A stretch of 64,000 nt of DNA. Origin: Limnochordia bacterium (GTDB lineage Bacteria; Bacillota; Limnochordia; DTU080). Positions within the stretch are counted from its first letter, which is position 1; the number at the start of each line of letters is the position of its first letter. A program made the translations under genes and the position numbers. Below the pieces are notes generated by a model. It was not told where the DNA came from, did no database searches, and worked only from the letters and a program-made list of their open reading frames with translations. The stretch spans positions 352,001 through 416,000 of the forward strand of contig JBMNJG010000007.1 of NCBI GenBank assembly GCA_050951545.1, read 5' to 3'. Shown in pieces: positions 12,201 through 24,200 of this stretch.

Positions 12201-15200
12201 CGCCGCCGCTGCAGATCAGACGGGGGTAGCCGGGGTCTCGTCACTGGTGGTGTCCAGCAATTACGTCGAGGCATCCATGGGAGACGACTCGGGTGTGTTC
12301 ATTGCCGTTCGTCCCGAGTTGGGTGACGATGATCAAGGCGATCTGTTCATCAGGGCGACTAACGAGTACAAGGGTCTGAACATCGCGGGTGATGCGGCTG
12401 GCGGCAGCACTGTTGGGATAGGTGCAGCGCTGGCTACGAATTTCGTATCCAATGCCACCAACGCGTTTATCGGTGAGGGTGCTGAAGCTAGAGCATATCA
12501 CGGTATCGATCTCGCCGCTCTGTCCACACAAGACCTGCGTACAGTGGCCGCCGGGGGTGCCGGTGCGGAGAAGGTGGGAGTCGCGGCCTCATCAACGGTC
12601 AACACCCTGACTACCCAGACCCACGCCTACATCGGGTACGGTGCAGGTGTCAATAGGCCAAGATGGCCAATGCCGGTGATTGTCAGCCCCGAGCAGTATG
12701 TCAGTATCACAGCCACAGATGACACGAAGATGATCAGTGTGGCCGGGGGCGGGGGCTTCGGCGGCAAAGCAGGTGTGGGAGCCGGCATCGACGTCGGCGT
12801 CATAGGCAAGGACACGCAAGCCTTCGTCGCCTCACACCAGGACGCCCCAACGCTGGTCAACGCCTACAATACCCTCAGGGTTCAGGCGCTATCGAGCGAG
12901 GACATTACCTCAGTCTCTGGGGGTTTGGCCGGAGCGTCAACCGCAGGAGTGGCCGGGGCTATGTCGGTGTACAACATCACGAACACTACCAGAGGTTACA
13001 TAGGCGACTATGCATCGGTGCTGAGCATCGGCAACGTGCTGATTGCTGCAGTAGACAACAACGAAATGCGTCTCATCGACGGCAATGCCGCCTTTGCCGG
13101 AACGGCAGGCATCGGAGCTTCGGGAGCGGTCGCTGTGGTCGACAAGAACACCGAGGCGTTCATTGGCCAGCACGCCGAAGTGACTGCCAGGGGCAAGGCA
13201 GCCGGTGTTTTGGTGAACACTGGTCAGTACGAGATCGGCTATGTGACTCATGCCGATGGCGACGGAAACGTTGGCAGACCGGATTACCAGATCACAAACC
13301 TCACGGGGGACACTGATGAAGACGGGAACGACATCATTGATGAAGACGACAGGATAGATAACCAATCCCTGACCATGGACAGGGTGGCCACTCTGCAGAC
13401 AAGAAGCATCAAAGGCCTGGCCGTCAGCGCCACCACCAAAGACCACATTGAGAGTATCGCTGCCGGGGGCGCGGTATCCGGAACGGCTTCTGTATCTGCC
13501 GCAGCCACGGTGAGCACAGTCTGGAACGACACACGAGCCTTCATAGCCGATGGCGCGCAGATCAACCAGAACAACACAGATGCGGGTGCCGATCAGACGG
13601 TGTTTGTGGGCGCAGGGACCGACTACTACCACCTCGGCGTCGCGGGGACCTTGGCCGGATCGGGAACTGCCGGAGTAGGTCCAGGGGCAGATATCTCGGT
13701 GGTCTCCAATTCCACAGAGGCTTTCGTTGGTCGCTCTGCGGTCATCAGCTCAATGAGAGATATCGAGGTTAAGGCCTCCGCACATGAGGATACCCTCTCT
13801 ATCGCGGCTGCAGCAGCAGCTGGCGGGGCTGCCGGCGTTGCTGGAGGCGCTTCCATCAACTACATTGACAACCGCACCCATGCATACGTCGACAATGCGG
13901 CGCGGCTCGCCGCTGAAGGCAATGTCATAGTCGTCTCGGACGATGTCACAAACACGGACGTAATCGCCGGAGTTCTCGGACTCGGCATAGGTGCTGGCGT
14001 TGGCCAGGCACTAGACGTCAGTGTGATAAACAAGGACACCCAGGCCTATCTTGGAGACGACGTTGTTGCCGATGCCAAGGGCAACTCGGGTGGTTACCTT
14101 AGAGTGTTCACGGGGGATGTTGACTCCGCTGGCAACCGCACTGAGAAGAACATGAAAGGCCTGTTGGTGCAGGCCAGTAGCCAGGAAGATATCTTCAATG
14201 TAGTCGCTAGTGGCGGTGCCGGAATATGGGCTGGAGTGGCTGGAGCCGTTACGGTAAACAAGGTCAGCTCCAATACGGCTGCCTACATCGGTGATAGGGC
14301 GAAGGTGAATGCGGACCCGACTGGTGCTGGCAGTGCTCAGGCCATTAGCGTCATTGCCGTGAATGATGTCAAGGCCAGATCGATTACGGGCAGTGCTGGG
14401 GGCGCTTTCGTCGGAGTCTCGGGCGCGGTGGACATCGGGATTGTCGACAACAATACGGCGGCTTTCACTGGCGAGAACGCCACACTTGGAGCCAAGAGCG
14501 ATATTGGCATCGTCGCCTTATCAGGCAAGAACCTGCAAAACTACTCCCTCGGTCACGCCGGCGGTTTTGTAGGGGTGACCGGAGGGGTATCCGTTTGGTC
14601 AGTCGGTAGCGACCTTGATCTTGATCAAGAGACGCCAGTTGGGGATCTATGGTCAGCGCTGGAGTCGGAGGATGGCGGAAGCGTTGAGGGGCTGATCGGC
14701 AGGCATCTGTACGACGCGGATGCAGCGAACGGCGCGCGCCAGGCTGATCTGGCCCGGATAGATAATCGGAACGGGGGAGACGAAGGGAAGAGCTTCGGCG
14801 ACCTCGGTTTCGTCAATGTCGTGGACTTTCTTCTCGGAGGTCACATTGGTGACACCCAAGACACGATCGCGGGTATCAGGGAAGTAGTGAACCTGGTGCT
14901 ATACAGCCTGGCTACGGCTGGTCTGGTGGGAGACGACAGAAAGGGTGTCGAAGCGGCCAGCCAAGGCGACGTTGGGCTGAGGCAGGTCACGAACCTCAAT
15001 GCTTATCAAGTCAGAGGAATCACGGCCTATGTAGGCGATGGCTCCAACTTGGCGGCCCAGAATGTAGCGGTCATGGCCCGGGAAGACCTGGACTTCGACC
15101 AAACAGTGCTTGGGGCGTCGACCGGAGCCGCGGCTGTGGGTGCCGCCGTCAGTATCTCGACGCTGGATGCTTTGGCCGATGCCCATCTGGGACGAAACGT

Positions 15201-18200
15201 GGTACTCAATGCCACCGGGTCTGTGAAGGTGGGCTCTACTCTCAACCAGCACCACGATCTCGATACCATCGCCGGGACCCTGGGGTTCTTTGGCAACCTC
15301 GGCGGCTCGGTCGCCTATGTGAATGATAAGAGCAGCTCCCATGCGCATGTCGGCGACGGTGCCAGGATCGCCAGCGATAGCGACATCCTGGTATTGGCCG
15401 GTTCGGTTCACAACTCCAATATCCTTGCCCTAAACGCCGGGACATCGATTGGCAGCATCAACGGCACGGTTGTCTGGCATGAGACGTCCGGGGGGACCAG
15501 CGCCACTGTCGGCTCGGATACCAAGCTGGCCTCAGGTGGCACTGTAGCCGTCAGGGCCACTTCGGGTATCGACATGCAAGCGGAAGCCTATGCACCATCG
15601 GTAGGAGCATTCCTCGGCCTGGGCGCAGCGGTGGCGATACTGCACGATGCCAGCCAAACTGAGGCATCGGTTGGTGCGGCAACTGAGGTGACCGAGGCGC
15701 GTGCTGTCGAAGTCGAGGCTACCTATGCGCCGCACGTGGATGCCTATACCCATGGTGTGGGCGTAGGTGGCGTTGCGGTGGGTGCCGCGGTGTCTAGGGC
15801 AGAAGTTAGCGGCAGCGTCCGATCTATTCTGGGCCATGGAGTCAAAATCGGCCAACTCCAGGGGCTGACAGTGGGCAGCCTTCTGGTCAATGCATTGATC
15901 AACCTAGCGGATGGTGCCCAAGAGACCGCTGTGGCACAAACCGATGGGGGTGCATCTAGCGGTGCAGTCGGTGCGGTGGGAAGCGATGCCACGGCGATAG
16001 TCAACCCATGGGTCAGTGCCTATATCGGGGGTAATGCTCACATCAAGACGTTGCAGGATATTGGGGTCTATGCGACATCGCTAGCCAGTGCTCAAGCCAA
16101 AGCTAGGGGACTGAACATTTCCACTGCAGGCGTGGGAGTTTCTCTTGCTGAAGCCTTTCTAACCCCTCGCATCAGATCTTATGTGGGCCAATCCTCGGTG
16201 GTCAATTCCGGAGGCAGTATCACCGTCCAGTCGCGTCACAACACGGATAGACAGGGCCAATTGCTCGCTGACATGAAGGCAGAGGCTTCGGCGTGGTCGG
16301 CCACGGGAACGCTAGTTGGCGGGGGCAACGGGGCCGATGCTGAGGCCGATGCTTCGGCTGATATGGACACTTATGTAGCTGGCGGGACGGGTTCTTCACT
16401 ACAGGCGGCCGGGACAGTGAGTATCATTTCCACTTCTGGGAATCGAGCGACGGCCCTTGCAGATGGGCAGGCTTATTCGGGCGGAATCGGCGTAGGAGCC
16501 GTGTTCGCTGACGCAGTCACTTCCGGGACCACGGTTGCTCATCTCGATGCTATCACGGTGAACGCCGGGGCCCTACGCCTGCGCTCGGTCACTAACGACG
16601 ATGCGGATGCTATGACCAAATCTGGCGCCGGTGCGATACTGGCCGGCAGTGGATCGATAGCCAACGCCACCGCCGATTCGGCAACTACTGCGTCTACAGG
16701 AGCATACGTCAATGCCACTGTCACTGGTGGTACGGGTATCATGGCTGTCTCCGGGTCCAAGGCCAACGCTGATGCCAAAGGAGTAAACGGAGGGGTTCTG
16801 GCCGTCGGTGTCTCCCAGGCCACGGCTCTCACAGCACCAGAGGTCAGAGCGTATTTGGGGTGGGGCAACAGGTTGATCACTGCAGGCCTAACGATAAGTG
16901 CTCTAGCACGACCCTTAGGTGACTCTCTGGCTGCCAAGGCGTATTCGTCTGCTTCGGGTGGCGGGCTGGTCGGGGTGAATGCTACCGCTAGCGAGGCGAT
17001 CAACGAGACCAATGTCGTCAGCCATGTTGGCGACGACAGCCTCCTGACGGTGACGGGGACCGTTCTCATCAACGCCCGCGCAGACAGCAAGCAAGAGGCT
17101 AAGTCTACCGCTTACACCGGAGGAATAGTGGCCGCTGGTGCCAACAGCTCCGAGGCCTCGTCCGATACCAACGTCACGGCCTACCTCGGCAAGGGGGTAA
17201 ACGTGTCGAGTGGGGTCTTAGAGGTGCGGGCTCTGGGTGTAGATGACAATTACGCAGAGTCGGTAGCGGGTTCGGGCGGGGTGCTGGCGGGAACCGCGGC
17301 TTCTGCCCACACCAGGACAACAGGACAGACGCAGGCCTATGTTGGTGAGGGCCGTTCATCACGCAGCATCAGTGCTGGAAGCTTCCGACTTGACGCCACG
17401 CACATCGCGTACTTCAATGCCGCGACCGACAGCATCAACGCCGCCGTGGTCGGAGCCAGTGGAGCACAAGCTACGAACACCTTCAACCATGCGGTGAAGG
17501 CCGATGTCTTCGACAATGCGATTATCAAGGCCACTGGTATCAGCATAACCGCAGGCAACACGATCACCAAAGACTGGCTCAACCAGTACAACGTGCGCTC
17601 TGGCTCGGGAGGCTTGCTGGATGCCGCTGCAGCTTCGAGTGTTACCACCATCTCCAATGAAACTTCGATAGGCGTGGGGAACAACGCCCGCCTGGAGGTC
17701 TATGGCGATAGAGAAGATCCCGGGGCACTGCTTCTCGCTGCCACTAACCATATTCAGGCCTATGATCGAGTCAGGCTCGATGCCGGAGGCGCCATAGAGA
17801 TAGCTCGGGTAGAGTCCAGCGTACTCAACAACACACACTCCGCGTCCGTGGAAATCGGGTCTGGCGCCGACCTGCTAAGCGTCGGAGACGTGCATGTGTC
17901 AGCCACGAGTGATGTCGATATCCAGACGCGAGCCAACGCCCGCACCTACGGCGGGGCTGGGGCCGCTGAGGGGTCGTCTCACTCAAGAGCCGCTGTGTCT
18001 AATACGGTCAGTCTTGGCGACGGGGCCTCCATTCTTGCCCTGGGGGATGTCTATCTGCGAGCTGGCAGCGACCACAGGGGGATTGACGGGTATTTCAATG
18101 TGCTAGCCAACACCGATCTATGGAACAAGACTGCCTTCCCCATAGAGACAGACCCGAATGCCCAGGCCTACCTGACTCAGACGACGACCGTGAGTCTCCA

Positions 18201-21200
18201 GCCGGGATCGTCCGTGAAGTCCGCAGGCAATGCCAGCCTGGTGGCGAGCAAAGGGCTGCGTACCGTGGTCGGATACGGCGTCGGCACCGACCATTACCGG
18301 CAGTTCCTCGAGGAAATCGGGCAGGCTGTGGAGGATGCCGTTGGAGACGGCGAGGAAGTCTCCCTCAAGATCGAGGTGCATTCATCCACGAAGAGGGCGA
18401 CCACCAAGGTCCAGGTCGATGGCACGGTACACGTAGGCATTGAAAACAAGCGGTATCTCTACGTCGACGAGAACGGCAACGTGGAGACCCGAGTGCAGGC
18501 TGACGGGACTGCCACTAGCGAAGGTATTTCGATCAGCCGCACGGAGGAAGACCTCCGGTCGTCGATCCTTGAGCGTATTCATGAGCTGGAGAACATGGAG
18601 GATTCGCTAGGCAACTACGACCCGGCGTTGTTTGAAGGGGAGAGAAACACGCTTCTGCAAGAAAAGGCGGACAAGATAGCCAAAAGGAGCCGCCTGGAGG
18701 TAGAACGGGCCAATCTCGATCCTCGTAACGATGCGGAGCAGATCAGGGTCATCAATCAGCTTATAGGGGTGTTGGAGGGCCGGATCCAGGCTATCAACGT
18801 CAGGCTGAGTGAGCTAGAGGTGCTTACTGGAGGCGAGTCGCAGCGGCTACAGCAGCGCTACGCCGCGGAAATAGCCGCCCTGCAGTTTCAGCTCAGTCAG
18901 CTGGGTGACAGGTCTAACGTCACTGTTCTCAGCGTGAATGAGCCCATCACTGCGCGTTCCGGCAACATCTATGTCACTGCTGATAGCCTGGTCGGCGCTG
19001 GCGAGCTGTTGGCACCGGGAGACACGACGATCAAGATCGAAAACAAGAGTCCGTATTTCCTACGGACCAACAAGATGACCATCCCGGATCATGCTGGTGG
19101 TCAGCTGTTCTTCAACAAAGTTGCTGTAGGAAGCAACGCGGAGATCAATGCGCGCAATTTCACCTCAGGAGCGGGTTTCTCACGCATACTGACCACAGAC
19201 AATACGCAGCCGCACATATCTGTCGTCAACTCGTATATCCCCGTCGGCAGTGCCTGGGGACCAGACATTTTCGTGGATGGCGACATCCGCAACTTGCGGG
19301 GCGATGTGGCGATCACGAGCCTCAGAGGCAGCATTCAGATCAAGGATGGCGTTAATCTAGCCGCCGACAGCTTAAGCATCAATGCCGGCCGTAACTTGGT
19401 CATCGGTTATACAGAAGGGTTCAGGAGCATCGCTGGTGATATCGAAGCGCACTGGCGGGAGTACTTGGAGTGGGTTGAAGACCAGGGATGGATAGCCTAT
19501 GCTCCGCCTGTGAACAAGAAGCCCAGCGACCTGATAGACATCACTTGGGCCGACAAACCGTCCATCCTGATGGCCAACAACATTTTCATCGCTGCTGAGT
19601 ACCTCAACATCAACGGCGTGATTCAGAGTGGGATTCCTCAGTACAGTCTGGTGATCGATAAGCCCTTAGAAAGCGAACTTGCCGCCTACAAGCAAAGGTA
19701 TGACGATGCCAAGGCAGCTGGACGACCCATTGACCGCATCTACACGGGATTGAGTATTAACCCGACTCCCGATGAGCATGGGCATATTGACATCACCAAG
19801 GTGATAGTCAGATACGACGCTGAAGACAACTGCCTGGAGCTGGAGCCCGTGCACATCATGGGCGGCTATCTGGAGCTTTACGGGCACATCATGAATACCA
19901 GCGCCGGTAAGCTGCGGGTGATGGACGGATACGGCACCATTGACATTGTCAACAACACATCGTACACGCTTCGGCTGGGTGATGTGAATACCGGGAGCGG
20001 CATCCAAGGAACAATCAAGATCACGGATACCGCAAAGAAGACCGCCAGTGGAGATCCGCTAGTCACATTGATGAAGCGGGTGGGCTCGCATATCGAGACC
20101 TACACTAACTACGACACTGGAGTGCTCAATCTGGAGAGGCCCATAGCGCTTACTTCCGGGCGCTTCACATCTTATGAGCCGTTGGAGAATCAGTACTATT
20201 CGTGGACTAGCATCGAAAGCACGGCCTTGACCGAGGGACGGTATCTAGATAAAGAGACCTGGTTCTGGATCTTTGACGATATGGAGCAATATGTCAGCGA
20301 CGTTATCAGGCGCCCACTCTTGGAGCCCACTAGTATGGAAGGGGCTGTTGTGCGCCAGATCCCTGGATTCCACTCCACCTACTGGTACGAAGGAGCGCAC
20401 TACTACACCGACCCCAGTGCCTGGCAGAACGTCTGGGATAGCTGGCAAGAGATCGAAAAAGAGACGTTCCTTGGTATCACGTACTACACGAAAGAGCGTC
20501 TGCTGCAGGAGCGTACGGCGACGCTGACGCAGATTCATAACCATAACATCAAAGCTTCCCATCCCATTGGCATCGAGTTCATTGGAGCTAACACTGGCAT
20601 ATTGAACGTCACCTCTGCGGGAGACATCGTAGTTAACGGTGAGATCAGCAACACCAAGGGAACCATGAACCTGAGCAGCGAATCGGCCATCTTGCAGGGT
20701 GACAGCGAGTTGGCCCAGCTTGTCGGCGGGGCGATCAGTCTCGGTGCTCGGACGGGTATTGGTCAATCACAGACACCGCTCATGATCAACACGGAAGGGG
20801 GCGCCCTCACCGCCGCAACGCTGCGGGGGGACATCCACCTTCATGAAACACTTGGAGACCTGGTCGTGGGGCACGTCGTGGCCCACACTGGTGATGTAAA
20901 CCTGGTCGCTGACGGCACCATGCATCTGTCAGGCCCGTCGTCGTTGATCCAGGGAGGTAGAGTTGAGCTGACCAGCCTACACGGTGGGCTTGGGGCTGCG
21001 GGCTCTCCCGTGATGGTAGATACGAGAGCTATTGAAGCTGGCGGTTTGACGGTCACGGCGGCTGGTGACATATATCTATGGGAAAAGACCGGCGATCTTT
21101 ATGTCAATAAGGTGGTCTCGACGGGCGGCGACGTCCATCTTGGAGTGGCGGAGGGCAGCCTGATCGACAACAACGACGCCCAGGTGAAAGATGTCCGGGC

Positions 21201-24200
21201 CGAACAAGGCCTACTGAGTCTACTGTGGGATGACATGGAGCTGCTGGGAAGCCGCGCCGAGAGCAACGCCGAGCGCACCGTCAGAGCATATGAGCAGATG
21301 AAGGAGAGCGAATACCAGACCTATTGGCAGTACAGACAGCGTCAGGTATCCGGTAAGGGCAGAAGACCACTGCCAGCAGACGAGTACCACGCGGATGCAT
21401 GGATAGCACTAACTAAAGACGAGATAGCCTACTACGAGAGCGAGCTGGGGTGGACCGATAGGCAGATTACTGCCTATGAAGCGCAAATGACCAGCGATTT
21501 CCATCAGATGCACAAGTCCTATGGGGTCACGGGCAAGGAGTACGATCGCGAGTGGGAGTACCGGGTGGAGAGACCAGAGGCTGGCGGCAGGATCATTTAT
21601 GATCCTGCCGGATACGATGCCGTCCGTTATAGCGAATGGGATTCGCTGATCTATGGCCACGCCTGGACACAAGAGCAGCTGATGAACGTCATTGGGTCGA
21701 TCAAGGAGGTGACCGACACTCGGGTCTGGATAGAAGAGCCGAATATTATCGGTCACAACGTGCAGCTAACTGCGGCAGGTTCCATCGGCCACAGCGTGCC
21801 CTTCCATATCCCTCTGCGTCTGGATGGAAAGTGGCGCTGGTCCGATCTGTCGCTTGACCAGCAGCTACTGGTACTGGCCGCAGAGAAGGATGATATCGTC
21901 TACGGCCCGACCACGGTAACAGTGACTTCTCGCGAGACCATAGACGTAGAGGCGACCGGGAAGGTCTGGGCCAATGCGTATAACGGGGCCATCTACCTAG
22001 GCTCAGAGGGCGATATCAACCTCAACTACGCATCGGCCACTGGCGAGGTCAGGATTAAGACGGCCGGAGCCATCAATAATGGTACGCCCGATGGCATCAA
22101 TGTCAGGGGCCAGAATGCCGTGTTGGAGGCCGCCTACGGCAGCATCGGAGGTTTACATACGCCGTTGCTCCTTGATATAGGCGCAGCCAAGGTCACGGCT
22201 AGGGCGGGTGGCAATATCTACCTGAAGTCGCAAGGCGACATGCGTATCGATACGATCTACACGCCTGGCTACGTCGGTCTGACCTCTTCTGGGCATATCT
22301 TGGGCATCTCTTCTGCTCAGCCGTTTGTCCGAGATGATCTCACCATCCGAGCCAGATCTCTCAAATTCGACGCCAGTCTGGGCATCGGAAGCACCGATAG
22401 TCCTTTGCGGATTGGTCTTGATCCGAACGGCGTGTTGTCGGCTGAGGCGGCAGAGAGCATCACCATCGATAGCCCCAGGCATGACGTGCGCACGGGTCTG
22501 ATCGAAGCCGGGGGCAGCATCAGGTTGTCGGGAGGGCGGGACATCAGCATTCTCTCCGGAATAGGTCCAGTGCTCTTTTGGACCCCACCCATACTGCCGC
22601 CTATCGATCCTGGCGACCTGCCGCCACCGCCGCCCTCCAAGCATGTGAGGTCGCTTCAAGGGCAAGTGATCATCCAAGCTGGCGGATCGATCTTGGATGG
22701 CGACAGTAACGATCTAAGTGGGATCAGTGGCCGAGGGATCACTCTCACGGCCGGGGGGTCTATCGGTACTGCTGAGAACGCGTTAGAGCTGAATTTCGCC
22801 GCACAGGGCAGCCAGGACACACTGACGGCCCATGCCCAGCAGGGGGTCTTTATCACCGCGGTTACCAGTGCTCTGCACGCCAGAGACGTCTCTTCCGCTA
22901 CGTCAGATGTGCACCTGGTCACCCTAGACGGGCCTATTCTGGCGGGTTGGATCACGGCTGATAACGGCACGGTGGCACTGCTGTCCAACGGTTACATCGC
23001 CCCTGGGGGTACGTTCGGAGGCATCAGGGCCGCACAGATTGCACTCCGCGCTCCGAATGCACACATCGGCAGCTTGCTCAACCCGTTGCGGATCGACTCG
23101 CATGGGACCACGACCGGCGTCGTATCAGCATCAGCCAAGGGGAACATCGCTCTCAAGAGTATCAGAGGGGATCTTGTGGTCGGACACCTGGCCACCGAGG
23201 AAGGCCTCGTATATGTGGCCTCGGAGCGTTCAATTCTGGGTGCTAGTGACCAGAATGGTCCGCACATCGATGTGCGGAGCCTTGACGGGTCCCTCACATT
23301 GGCCGCGGCCGAGTGCATTGGTGTACCCGGCAATCCTTTGGCGTACGCATCGTCTAGTGCAACAGGAATCATTGTCATCGCCGGAGCGGACGTCAGCCTT
23401 ACCAGGTTAGGCGGGGATCTCCTCATCGACCAAATCGTCGGCCAGGGAAAGATGGTGGAGCTGAATGCCCCTTCCGGAGGCATCTACGGCGATCTAGTGG
23501 CGGGCGCCTGGGTGGAACTGAACGCCCAAGGGGACGTTGGTCAGGCATACAACCCGCTTCGCGTGGCTTCTACAGAGGAGCTTTTCGGGCAGATCGGCGG
23601 GTCGGCGTATATAGAAAGCCCCGAGGGCTATGGCACCACTCTCGGCGATCTGTATGTGTGGGGTGACCTAACCCTGGCTAGCGAGGAGATCGTCCTCAGG
23701 GGTTCTGTCAAAGCGGATCATGACATGAAACTCGTCGCCCTTGATTCAATCACTAGCGGCAGCGAGAAACATAGTATCAGAGGCCACCACATCGAGTTGA
23801 CCGCGATGAAAGGGAGCATCGGTGAACCTGAAAAAAGCGTTGTGGTCGGCGGTCACGAAAGACTCAATGCCCAAGCCTACTCCCACATATTCCTAGAGAT
23901 TCGGGGCGGCGATCTGGTCTCAGACTATATCGTGAGCAAGACCGGAAAGGTGGGCATCTACGTCCCGAATGGCAATGCACGCATCGCCCAAAGAAAGATC
24001 AGACGCCTGACTGATTCCGATCCGGAGAACCTATGGGGAGTGTCTGCCACTGAGCTGCTTTGCTTGCTGCCTGCAGCGGGGAGTACGTTGAGTATCGGCC
24101 AGGCGAGCATCGCTGGGGTCGTGCAGATCAGTGCAGACGCCATTGAGTTTGATGCCTTGACGCACACTGGTTTGCAGCCACTTCAGGTTGCCATAGGCGG

